Shown one piece after another: positions 7,560 to 16,159 of a DNA stretch of 32,358 nt. Numbering within the stretch: the stretch's first letter is position 1; every line of letters starts with the position of its first letter. The stretch is from Bacillota bacterium (GTDB taxonomy: Bacteria > Bacillota > Clostridia > Christensenellales > CAG-138): the NCBI GenBank assembly GCA_023458615.1, contig JAEWYV010000282.1, positions 1 through 32,358 of the forward strand. Direction: 5' to 3'. A model generated the notes under the pieces. It was not told where the DNA came from. It did not search any database and saw nothing but the letters and a program-made list of their open reading frames with translations. The position numbers and the translations under genes are program-made.

Positions 7560-8474
7560 TTGCAAGCATACAACAAGCACAACAGCAGATTTGCTCTCGG
7601 AGTCAGGCAATGGCTTCAGGTTCTCCCGTTCATCGGCGGCGGACTGATACTGATGTGTCTGTTTGTGCTGTATCCGCTGCTTCGCAACATTCAGATCAGT
7701 CTGAATGCGTACAACATCATCAAGAACCAGACAGGGGCATTTCTCGGGCTTTCGAACTATGTAAAGCTTTTTAAGGACGGAAACTGGCTGCTGGCGCTGC
7801 GCAACACCTCACTCTACGCGCTGGTAACGGTTCCCGGGCAAATGCTGTTGGGACTGATATTGGCAAGCCTCATCAACGCCGCAAACAAGGGGCAGACCGC
7901 GTTTAAGGTGATCACCTATATTCCGGTCATCACATCATGGGTCGTTGTGTCTCTGGTGTTCAAGTATATCTTCGCTTCCGGCAACGGCGGGCTGATCAAC
8001 TATGCGCTGATGCAGCTCGGCATCATTCAGACCCCGATCGCATTTTTACAGAATGAATGGTCGGCAAACTTTGTTCTGTGGTTGTTCGGCATCTGGAAAG
8101 GCACAGGCTGGACGATGCTCATCTATCTGGCGGCGCTCCAGGGCGTCCCGAGACAGATCTATGAAGCGGCGCAGATCGACGGGGCAAACCGGATACAGAC
8201 CTTTTTCCGCATGACAATGCCGATGGTGCGAAACACATCCCTCTATCTGCTGACGGTATTGACCATCGGTGCGTTCGGGGCGTATATCCATGTGATGATG
8301 ATTACAAACGGCGCTCCCCTCGGGCGCACACAAGAGCTCATGAACTACATGTACACCACGGCGTTTACCAACTTTGACTTTTCCTATGCTGCCGCGCAGT
8401 CGGTGATGATGGGCGTCATCATATTCGCGCTCTCGTTTCTCCAGCGGAAGCTTGCGAAAGAGACGGTGAATTGA
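7560..8474 (+). CDS. ABC sugar transporter permease (MalF/BPD_transp_1 type)
   Basis: A TTG start is preceded by GAGGAGG at 8 nt. The protein is multi-pass hydrophobic with an EAA-like loop (YEAAQIDGANRIQTFFRMTMP). Confidence 0.88.
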   Translation: MQAYNKHNSRFALGVRQWLQVLPFIGGGLILMCLFVLYPLLRNIQISLNAYNIIKNQTGAFLGLSNYVKLFKDGNWLLALRNTSLYALVTVPGQMLLGLILASLINAANKGQTAFKVITYIPVITSWVVVSLVFKYIFASGNGGLINYALMQLGIIQTPIAFLQNEWSANFVLWLFGIWKGTGWTMLIYLAALQGVPRQIYEAAQIDGANRIQTFFRMTMPMVRNTSLYLLTVLTIGAFGAYIHVMMITNGAPLGRTQELMNYMYTTAFTNFDFSYAAAQSVMMGVIIFALSFLQRKLAKETVN

Positions 8475-8475
8475 C

Positions 8476-9330
8476 ATGCAAATACAACGGATCAAGCGCT
8501 CGCATAGAACCGGTGGGCAGCTGCCCGTCTATCTTGGGCTTTGCCTGTTTTCCGCCATTGCGCTATTGCCGTTTCTCTATATGCTGGCAACGGCGATGAC
8601 GCCGCACTCGTTTTCAATGCCGTATCCGCCGATTTTGTTTCCTAAGAGTCTCTATCTGGAGAACTTCGTGATCGCGTGGAAGTCCAATCATTTTGGCGCA
8701 TATTTTCTCAACAGCGTGTTGGTGTCTTTGATTGCAACGAGCCTGATCGTCGTGATCTCAACCATGTCCGCCTACGGGTTTGCGCGGATGCAGTTTCCGG
8801 GCAGGGAGTTTTTCTTCAACCTGTTTCTCTTTAGCATGATGGTGCCGCCGATTACCAATCTCGTTGCCCAGTTTACGCTCATGCAGTCGCTCAAGTTGGT
8901 CGATCGCTTCTGGGGATTGGTCATCATCTATACCGGAACCGGAATCGCGGCGAACACCTATTTTCTGCGCAACTTTTTCTTGAGTTTTCCGCGCGAACTG
9001 GAGGAGGCGATGACCGTAGATGGCGGCGGCAGGTTTACGATTTATTGGCACCTGATTCTGCCGCTGAGCAAGCCCGCGATTGCGACATTTGGCATCCTCG
9101 CATTCTCCAATGTTTGGGATGAGTTCCTGCTTGCGCTTACGCTGATCAAATCGCCGCAAAACAGGACACTCCCCATCGCGATCAAACTCTTTGAGGGACA
9201 GCATGTCAGCGACTGGAGCCTGATCTTTGCCGCGTCCCTGATTGCGGTCGTCCCGATTTTACTGATTTATATCGTGTTTCAGAAGTATCTGATCAAGGGC
9301 GGAGCGCTTGACGGAACTTTGAAGGAATAG
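8476..9330 (+). CDS. ABC sugar transporter permease (MalG type)
   Basis: It starts 2 nt after the upstream stop. The EAA loop is LEEAMTVDGGGRFTIYWHLILPLSKP, and six hydrophobic segments are visible. Confidence 0.9.
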   Translation: MQIQRIKRSHRTGGQLPVYLGLCLFSAIALLPFLYMLATAMTPHSFSMPYPPILFPKSLYLENFVIAWKSNHFGAYFLNSVLVSLIATSLIVVISTMSAYGFARMQFPGREFFFNLFLFSMMVPPITNLVAQFTLMQSLKLVDRFWGLVIIYTGTGIAANTYFLRNFFLSFPRELEEAMTVDGGGRFTIYWHLILPLSKPAIATFGILAFSNVWDEFLLALTLIKSPQNRTLPIAIKLFEGQHVSDWSLIFAASLIAVVPILLIYIVFQKYLIKGGALDGTLKE

Positions 9331-9341
9331 GCAGGTACTCT

Positions 9342-10946
9342 TTGATCAAGAATTTGCATGTGACCCATTTTCCGCTGGCTCCTTGGCAGGTGGTAGAGCC
9401 GGATCGTACGCTGCGGCTTGTGCTGCGCGTGGCAAGCGGCATGATTCAGCGCGTCGAATGCCTGAACTGCGATCCGTGTGATACAGAACTGGATGCAAGC
9501 GGTGCAATGCTGCCGCGTTTGGAAGCTATTGAAGTCCCGCTGACATACAACGATTCGGAGTTTGAATATTACGTGCTCAAAAAGCGGATGGAAACACATA
9601 AACTACGCTATCATTTTGTGTTGTATTCGCTGGAAGGCACGTTTGTGCTGGATGAGCGTGGCGTCACGCAGTCCGCTGAGGAGCGCTTGATTCGCCCGTT
9701 TTTTGTCAGCTTTGTGTTTGATGATGCCCCGCAACCTGCGCCTGCCTGGGCGAAGGATATGATCTGGTACCAAATCTTCCCGGACCGCTTTCGTAGGGGT
9801 GCCGGCAAGGCAAATTGGAACAGCGATCCGATTACGGATCGCAACGCATATTTCGGCGGAGATTTAAAGGGCATTCGGGATGCGATTCCCTACCTAAAGA
9901 AACTGGGCGTGACGGGTGTCTACCTCAATCCAATCTTCGCAGCCGGCAGCGTTCACCGCTATGATACGATTGACTATCGCGCGATCGATCCCGGACTCGG
10001 CACGGAGGAGGATTTTGTACGCCTCTGCGATGCGCTGCATGAGAACGGCATGCGCATTATGCTCGACGGCGTGTTTAATCACGGTTCCTGGAAATCTTTG
10101 GAGTTTCAAGATGTTGCGGAGCGCTCCGTCGCGTCGCCATACTTGGATTGGTTTAAGGTGACGGATCCGGACGCGGTAAAATCATTCGTTTCGGGTGGGT
10201 ACGTTGGACGCTCTCCCTATAACACATTTGCATTTGCGCCGGATATGCCCAAATGGAACACGCAAAATCCGGCGGTGGCGGAACACTTGATGGAAGCTGC
10301 CGAATACTGGACGAAACGCTGCGCGGTGGATGCATGGCGCCTGGATGTGCCGGATGAAATTCACCCTTCGTTTTTGCGGGAGTTTCATGCGCGCATGAAA
10401 CAACTTAACCCTAACCTGTATATCATCGGTGAGATTTGGAGCGATCCGACACGATGGATGTCGGAAGGATTGTTCGATGGGGTGATGAACTACCCGGTTT
10501 ATTTTGCGATTCGCGATTTCTTTCTTCTCCGTTCAATCGACGCGGTGCAATTTTGCGATCGTTTGACACGGTATTTTGCGCTTACGCCGGAATCCTGGCA
10601 GGAGGGAATGTTTCAATTCTGCAGCACCCATGATATCCCGCGTATTCTATGGTATGCAAAGGGGAATCGGAAGTCGGTTATGAATTGCTATCAAATGTCG
10701 TCATTGTTTCCGGGCGGTATTTCGGTTTATTATGGTGATGAGCAACTACTCTCAGGTGGATTTGATCCAGATAATCGGCGTTGTATGCCCTGGAATCGCG
10801 TGGGGCGAGAGCCATTTGCCGCAGAGTTGTTTGAACAGATTCATTTGCTCAGGAGAGGTCGCGCAAAATCAATTTCCCCGATCAACGACGATTCAATCGA
10901 AATACGCTTGCAGGGCGGGCAACTGCCTGTCTGCATGTCGCGATAA
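9342..10946 (+). CDS. GH13 alpha-glycosidase, neopullulanase/cyclomaltodextrinase subfamily, intracellular
   Basis: All four GH13 conserved regions are present: DGVFNH, DAWRLDVPDE, GEIW and CSTHDIPR. The neopullulanase-type marker MPKWN (consensus MPKLN) is also present. There is no signal peptide. The start is uncertain: TTG at 9342 or in-frame GTG at 9360. Confidence 0.88.
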   Translation: MIKNLHVTHFPLAPWQVVEPDRTLRLVLRVASGMIQRVECLNCDPCDTELDASGAMLPRLEAIEVPLTYNDSEFEYYVLKKRMETHKLRYHFVLYSLEGTFVLDERGVTQSAEERLIRPFFVSFVFDDAPQPAPAWAKDMIWYQIFPDRFRRGAGKANWNSDPITDRNAYFGGDLKGIRDAIPYLKKLGVTGVYLNPIFAAGSVHRYDTIDYRAIDPGLGTEEDFVRLCDALHENGMRIMLDGVFNHGSWKSLEFQDVAERSVASPYLDWFKVTDPDAVKSFVSGGYVGRSPYNTFAFAPDMPKWNTQNPAVAEHLMEAAEYWTKRCAVDAWRLDVPDEIHPSFLREFHARMKQLNPNLYIIGEIWSDPTRWMSEGLFDGVMNYPVYFAIRDFFLLRSIDAVQFCDRLTRYFALTPESWQEGMFQFCSTHDIPRILWYAKGNRKSVMNCYQMSSLFPGGISVYYGDEQLLSGGFDPDNRRCMPWNRVGREPFAAELFEQIHLLRRGRAKSISPINDDSIEIRLQGGQLPVCMSR

Positions 10947-10964
10947 AACAGGGAGCAATTGGCA

Positions 10965-12629
10965 ATGAAACAGGCATGGTGGAAAGAGCGGGTGTTTTAT
11001 CAAATCTACCCGCGCAGCTTTCTGGACACGAATGGAGACGGCATCGGCGATCTCAGAGGCATCATCGAAAAATTGGACTATCTCAAGTCCCTTGGCATCG
11101 GCGCAATCTGGCTCTGCCCGGTATATGATTCGCCAAACGACGACAACGGCTACGATATCCGCGACTATGAGAACATCATGGCGGAGTTCGGCACGTTGGC
11201 GGATTTCGACGCGCTGCTGGAAGGGCTTCACGCACGCGATATCAAACTCGTGATGGATCTCGTGGTCAATCACAGCTCGGATGAGCACGCATGGTTTAGG
11301 GAATCCCGCAAGGCGAAGGATAACCCGTACCGTGACTACTATATCTGGCGTGATGGAAAAGACGGCGGCACGCCGAACAACTGGGCTTCTTTTTTTGCGC
11401 CATCCGCGTGGAAGTTGGACGAGGCGACGGGACAGTATTATCTCCATCTGTTTTCCGAAAAACAGCCCGATTTAAACTGGGAAAATCCCGCAGTCCGGCA
11501 GGAAGTCTATGATATGGTTAACCGATGGTTCGACCGCGGTGTGGACGGATTTCGCATGGACGTGATCAACTGCATCGCAAAGGATGCGGGCCTGCCGGAC
11601 GGCGCAGGTAAATCGAATGCCGCCGGTTACACACTCGCGGTGGAACGCTTTGCCAACCGGCCAAAGTTCTATGAATATTTGCGTGAACTCAGGAAGAATT
11701 GCTATGCGGGCAGGGATTGCCTGTGCCTCGCCGAGGCTCCGTTTACATCGCCGGAGGAAGGCGCGCGGATGCTTGATGAAGAGGCGGGTATATTTGACCT
11801 GATTTTTCCGTTTGATTTGATGGAGATTGACGATGGTCCGAATGGGAAATACGATCCGGTTCCTTGGACACTCCGGCAATTCAAAGTAGTGATCAACCGC
11901 TGGCAGACTGCCACCGAACATGGCTGGGGCAGCTTATTTTGGTCGAATCATGATCAGGCACGCGCGGTGTCGCGCTTTGGCAGCATGGAAACGGAGGAGC
12001 TTCGCATCCGCTCGGCAAAGATGCTTGCCGTTGCCATGTACCTTCTGCGGGGTACACCATTTGTCTATCAGGGCGAAGAACTCGGTATGACGAACACTCC
12101 GTTTCCCGATGAATCGGCGATTCGCGATATCGAGGGCATCAACGCTCTCAATGAGGCGCGCATCACGGGGCGTCTTGCTCAAACATGGAAGGGAATTCTG
12201 CACAAAGGTCGTGATCATGCGCGGACGCCGATGCAGTGGAGCGCGGCAAGGAGCGCGGGCTTTGCAGTGGGCGCGCCGTGGATCATGATAAACCCGAATT
12301 ACAACGTGATCAATGTGGAGGCGGAAGAACAGGATCCGGACTCGGTACTTTCTTTCTATAAAACGCTGATTGCGCTGCGAAACGGCAGCAAAACGCTGCA
12401 ATATGGATCGTATGTTCCACTCTGGACGGAGCATGGGCAGATTTTCGCGTATCAGCGCGAGCTGGGCGACGAAACGGTTACCGTTGTTTGCAATATGCAT
12501 AACGGCGAGGTTGATTTGCCTGAAATACCGACGGGAGAAGTCATACTGTCCAATTTGACCAGGAACAACAGCGGGACAATGCTTCCATATGAGGCACTTG
12601 TTATATCATGTAAAAGTGGGTGTATTTAA
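10965..12629 (+). CDS. GH13_31 oligo-1,6-glucosidase / alpha-glucosidase
   Basis: The N-terminus MKQAWWKERVFYQIYPRSFLDTNGDGIGDLRGIIEKLDYLKSLG matches oligo-1,6-glucosidases such as B. subtilis MalL. The QPDLN marker, DLVVNHSSDEH, GFRMDVI and NHDQ are present. The ATG at 10965 has a GGGAG ribosome-binding site at 9 nt. The track ORF begins at an in-frame TTG at 10959. Confidence 0.93.
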   Translation: MKQAWWKERVFYQIYPRSFLDTNGDGIGDLRGIIEKLDYLKSLGIGAIWLCPVYDSPNDDNGYDIRDYENIMAEFGTLADFDALLEGLHARDIKLVMDLVVNHSSDEHAWFRESRKAKDNPYRDYYIWRDGKDGGTPNNWASFFAPSAWKLDEATGQYYLHLFSEKQPDLNWENPAVRQEVYDMVNRWFDRGVDGFRMDVINCIAKDAGLPDGAGKSNAAGYTLAVERFANRPKFYEYLRELRKNCYAGRDCLCLAEAPFTSPEEGARMLDEEAGIFDLIFPFDLMEIDDGPNGKYDPVPWTLRQFKVVINRWQTATEHGWGSLFWSNHDQARAVSRFGSMETEELRIRSAKMLAVAMYLLRGTPFVYQGEELGMTNTPFPDESAIRDIEGINALNEARITGRLAQTWKGILHKGRDHARTPMQWSAARSAGFAVGAPWIMINPNYNVINVEAEEQDPDSVLSFYKTLIALRNGSKTLQYGSYVPLWTEHGQIFAYQRELGDETVTVVCNMHNGEVDLPEIPTGEVILSNLTRNNSGTMLPYEALVISCKSGCI

Positions 12630-12722
12630 GGGCGTAAGATGAAGCCGGAACGAGGGATGTTGCTCTGCTGTGCGGACGGAGTCCGTGGTGACTCCTCTGC
12701 CCGCGCTCTACGTAGAAAAATC

Positions 12723-12764
12723 AAAAAGCTTGTCGTCGGCAAAATGCGTGCGACAAGCTTTTTT
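12723..12764. terminator. Bidirectional rho-independent terminator between convergent operons
   Basis: AAGCTTGTCG (12726..12735) pairs with CGACAAGCTT (12751..12760) as a perfect 10-bp stem. An A5 run lies 5' and a T run 3', so it works on both strands. Confidence 0.8.
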
Positions 12765-12809
12765 GATTTAGCTTAGACATGCCGTATCAATCGATGGCAG
12801 CAGAGGGTG

Positions 12810-14108
12810 TTACGCCTGATAGGGCAGCTTCTTTCCCAGTACCGCTTCATACATAGCCAGAAGATTTTCCGGCGGCACTTTGGCGACGACATTGTGGATG
12901 CTGGCGAACACATATCCGCCTCCTTGGTTGAGAATCTCAACGCGCTGTTGCACCTCTTTGCGCACCTCTTCCGGTGTTCCAAAGGGGAGCGTTCTCTGCG
13001 TATCCACGCCGCCGCCCCAGAACACGAATTTGTCCCCATATTTCTCCTTCAACGCCGCGGGTGAAAACCCGTCGCCGTGCTCAATGGCGCTGAACTGAAC
13101 CGGGTTGAGGCAGTCGATTCCGATCTGCGCAAAATCGTCCAACAGCGTATTGATGCGTCCGCAGGTGTGGTAGAAGGTTTTCCATGCGGTGTTCTGGTGA
13201 ATCCAGTTGTTGATCTGGCTATAGTATGGCTTGTAGAGCTGCCGGAATGTATCCAGACTGGTAAACGTTCCGTTCTGCGTGCCAAAATCTGTTCCGGAAA
13301 CCCAGATGACCTGTATGCGGTTCCCGACGGCCTGCCGATAGATCTCCAGATTCTTCAGCATAATCTCGGTCTGATATGAGAAAATCTCGTTGATATAGTC
13401 CGGGTAGAGCACATGCGCGAGGAGCCACTCTTCCACCTTTCGGATGCCTTTGGGGTGTTTGACGGATGGACCCGGCACCATTGCGACGTCGCCAAGACCC
13501 GCGCCGCCCAAGACGCCCATCACCGCATAATCGGTCCCTTCGAACAACTCATGCGACTTTGTCTCCCAATACCGCGCTTCTTCATCCGTCGCGAGGGCAA
13601 AGTCGTCGCGAAAATCCTCCAAAGGCGTCAATTGATCCTCGTCCAAGTCCATATCAAACGCTTCGTCAAAATGATCGATCGAATCGAAGAAGGAACCGTT
13701 TGCCGGCATGCAGACGCTTGGCTTGACGCTGCGATCTCCCTGGGGATACACCAGCGTGTCGCCGTTCTCGCGCACGTCATAGGTAAACTTGGAGCCCATG
13801 AATACCGGCGTTCCGTCACCCAACTGCCACTTGGTCTGATGATCGTTTTGATAGCCCAGCATATTGCCCGTGTTCCAAAGGCCGATGACGTCCCCGCCGA
13901 CCGCGCGCCGCAGATCATCCTCCACTTCGCCGAGCATTTGAAACGGCTCCAGCACGTTAAGGCGATGCTCGTCCAGCCCCAGCGCCTTGCGGAACTTGTA
14001 CATGGTGCTGACATTCATGCCGGTTTGACCGTTGCTGCCAAGGTCGATGGGGCAGCGATCCGGCTGCTGATGGTTCAGCGCAGCAATTACTCGTTCTCTC
14101 GAATTCAT
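12810..14108 (-). CDS. URO-D/MtaA-superfamily protein, paralog C (not a bona fide HemE)
   Basis: From the ATG at 14108 the N-terminus is MNSRERVIAALNHQQPDRCPID, matching paralog B (MNSRERTLLALHHEQPDRPPVS), and it is preceded by a GAGG ribosome-binding site. The track ORF extends to a TTG at 14138. Motifs are YHTCG and a C-terminal LPFGTPEEV...GGGYVFASIHNV..PPENL typical of the uroporphyrinogen decarboxylase / methylcobamide methyltransferase fold. Confidence 0.8.
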   Translation of the reverse strand: MNSRERVIAALNHQQPDRCPIDLGSNGQTGMNVSTMYKFRKALGLDEHRLNVLEPFQMLGEVEDDLRRAVGGDVIGLWNTGNMLGYQNDHQTKWQLGDGTPVFMGSKFTYDVRENGDTLVYPQGDRSVKPSVCMPANGSFFDSIDHFDEAFDMDLDEDQLTPLEDFRDDFALATDEEARYWETKSHELFEGTDYAVMGVLGGAGLGDVAMVPGPSVKHPKGIRKVEEWLLAHVLYPDYINEIFSYQTEIMLKNLEIYRQAVGNRIQVIWVSGTDFGTQNGTFTSLDTFRQLYKPYYSQINNWIHQNTAWKTFYHTCGRINTLLDDFAQIGIDCLNPVQFSAIEHGDGFSPAALKEKYGDKFVFWGGGVDTQRTLPFGTPEEVRKEVQQRVEILNQGGGYVFASIHNVVAKVPPENLLAMYEAVLGKKLPYQA

Positions 14109-14204
14109 TGGATACCTCGCTTTATCGTTCTTTTTCAAATTTGTGCTTACTGAATGTTGTTTTTGCGGCGAACAACATAGCAGAGTGGCGATTGATCCGT
14201 TATG

Positions 14205-15248
14205 CTACGCGTTTTTTCCCAATGCCGCCGCGTAAAACGCCTTGATGTTTTCCATGCTGGTGTCGGACTGGATGTGGTGCGCGGGGGAAAGGATGTAACC
14301 GCCTCCTGCACCGAGCCGCTGCTGATAGTCCCGAACGGTACTGGTCACCTGCTCCGCCGTTCCAAACGGCAGCAGCATCTGCACATCGACCGCGCCAAAA
14401 AGCGTGAGCTTATCCCCGTAACGCTGCTTGATGAGATATGGATCCATCGACAGCGGCTGAATGGGATTGATGACATCCAGCCCGATCTCGATGAAATCGT
14501 CGAATGTATCCTGACAGTTCCCGCAGGAGTGATACGCGATAAAGATATTCGGGTTGCGCTTTTTAAACGCGGCGAATATTTTCGCGTATCGCGTTTTAAA
14601 ATACTTGCGCCACATGGGCAGGGACATCATCATGTTTCGCTGTGTTGCGATGTCGTCGCCAAGCCAGATCATGTCTGCGCCCGCGTCAATCATATGCAGT
14701 CCCGCTTTGAGCGGAAACTCCATGATCTTATCAAACATCTCATTTGCATAGTCCTCATCGGCGATCATGTCCATCAGCGTCGCCTCGATCCCGTGCAGAT
14801 ACCATGCGGTCTCAAATATGGAGCATTGGCAGGAGCCGATGATGAACTTTTCAGCGCCGTAACGGCGGACGTTCTCCCGCAGGGGCTGATATTGGCTTTG
14901 TTCGTCGGGATCGGGAATTTGGTATGCCGCGAGTTTTGCGCCGTCTTCATCATGCATCAGCGCTCCGCCGATGATCTCGGTATAGGCGCCCGTTTCGTTG
15001 CGCACGTTTTGCCATTCCACGCCAAACTTACAGGTGTATGTTCCGGTTGGATAGAGATAGTAACTCATCTCCATTCCAACCGCTGTTTTGATCAAATCAT
15101 TTCCCATCACATAGCCAAGGTCCTCGCCATCGCCGCCAAATTCCGCGCGCAGCATGGCGGCGACCTCCGGCGTATAGGTTGCGGAAACCGGCGGGCGGTC
15201 AGGCTGCTCGTGATGCAACGCCAGTAAGGTTCTTTCTCTCGAGTTCAT
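14205..15248 (-). CDS. URO-D/MtaA-superfamily protein, paralog B
   Basis: Motifs are MNSRERTLLALHHEQPDRPPV, WLGDDIATQRNMMMSLPMWRKYF, YHSCGNC and LLPFGTAEQV...GGGYILSPAHHIQSDTSMENIKAFY. An ATGA overlap joins it to the upstream epimerase-fold gene. The antisense 341-aa ORF has no recognisable features. Confidence 0.85.
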   Translation of the reverse strand: MNSRERTLLALHHEQPDRPPVSATYTPEVAAMLRAEFGGDGEDLGYVMGNDLIKTAVGMEMSYYLYPTGTYTCKFGVEWQNVRNETGAYTEIIGGALMHDEDGAKLAAYQIPDPDEQSQYQPLRENVRRYGAEKFIIGSCQCSIFETAWYLHGIEATLMDMIADEDYANEMFDKIMEFPLKAGLHMIDAGADMIWLGDDIATQRNMMMSLPMWRKYFKTRYAKIFAAFKKRNPNIFIAYHSCGNCQDTFDDFIEIGLDVINPIQPLSMDPYLIKQRYGDKLTLFGAVDVQMLLPFGTAEQVTSTVRDYQQRLGAGGGYILSPAHHIQSDTSMENIKAFYAAALGKNA

Positions 15249-16159
15249 TGTGCTTTTACTCCTTCAAACGATAGGATCACTCCGAAATGGTTTGTTGCGT
15301 GCGGCTCGATTTTGCTGATTCGCCCGCTGTTGTGTGCGCGCGCTTGCGTGTCGTAAGCCCCGGTGCAGGGTTCGGGTGCGACGCAATTCATCTCTACGCC
15401 TTCGTCCACCCAAACACCGAGATAGGGCGCGTTGATGCCGAGGAGGGATATGATTGTTCCGTCCGCATAAATGATGTGGGAACGGTTTTCTTCGCGCTCG
15501 TTTTCCACATAGTATTTACTCTGGCATCGATTGGACGGGGCAAGACCGCTTAGATCGCGCAGGTCATTTGAAATTGGCCAGCCGTGCTTCTGCCCGTCCT
15601 CGCCCAGATATCGCTGTCCGCCAAAGACATTGACAATCTGCGTTACGTTTGGAAGATCCAGACGCGTGCCTTCCTCCAACACAAAGAGCGGATGCGCGGC
15701 CCAGATAAATTCATAGGCATGCTCAGACAGGTTCGTCAGCGTGTAATTTAGCATGATGTTGGAGCCGCTTACCTGCACTTGTTTTTCCAGGCGGTAGGGG
15801 AGAACAACCCCTAAGATGGAGAGCCGCACACCAGTATCCGTGATTTCGCCGTCCCAACTTGCCGACCAAACCTCGCCATGATCAGGGAGCGGGGTTCCGT
15901 CAAAGGCACCGCCAACGTATAATCCGGCTGAAATATTGGGGAACATGTCGTCAAATCCAGAGAATTCGCCTTGCGTAAAGCTGTCTCCATGCTGAGAAAT
16001 GCGATAAAGATCGGAACTGGTGTTTTGCACGAGGTATTCCTTGTCTTGAAACCGGATGCTCTGCAGCTTGGCACCGTAATTGGATAAAATGACGGAAAGT
16101 TCGCCGTCCTGAAGAAGATATGCTTCTATGCCTTTATAGGTTGTTTTCAGCGCGCTCAT
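15245..16159 (-). CDS. Aldose 1-epimerase (galactose mutarotase-fold, LacX/YphB-like) family protein
   Basis: Motifs are SNYGAKLQSIRF, PDHGEVW, AAHPLF and YLGVWVDEG...CVAPEPCTG, which parallel LacX-type mutarotase-like proteins. The start overlaps the upstream stop by 1 nt (TGATG). Confidence 0.75.
   Translation of the reverse strand: MSALKTTYKGIEAYLLQDGELSVILSNYGAKLQSIRFQDKEYLVQNTSSDLYRISQHGDSFTQGEFSGFDDMFPNISAGLYVGGAFDGTPLPDHGEVWSASWDGEITDTGVRLSILGVVLPYRLEKQVQVSGSNIMLNYTLTNLSEHAYEFIWAAHPLFVLEEGTRLDLPNVTQIVNVFGGQRYLGEDGQKHGWPISNDLRDLSGLAPSNRCQSKYYVENEREENRSHIIYADGTIISLLGINAPYLGVWVDEGVEMNCVAPEPCTGAYDTQARAHNSGRISKIEPHATNHFGVILSFEGVKAQ

Noticed and set aside
12639-12782. A 47-codon ORF (MKPERGMLLCCADGV...) in the convergent intergenic region after the oligo-1,6-glucosidase gene.
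   Set aside because: It reads straight through the bidirectional terminator hairpin, has only a weak ribosome-binding site, and has a basic, low-complexity tail. It is most likely fortuitous.
14202-15227. Long antisense ORFs opposite recognisable genes: 14202..15227 (+, 341 aa), 13413..14153 (+, 246 aa), 20124..21284 (-, 386 aa), 30877..31956 (-, 359 aa), 6352..7140 (-, 262 aa), 29266..29952 (-, 228 aa), 28300..28950 (-, 216 aa), 1216..1791 (-, 191 aa) and others.
   Set aside because: Their translations are Arg/Cys/His-rich, have no recognisable motifs and lack ribosome-binding sites. The opposite strand in every case encodes a protein with clear family signatures. Open antisense frames are expected in GC-rich coding DNA.
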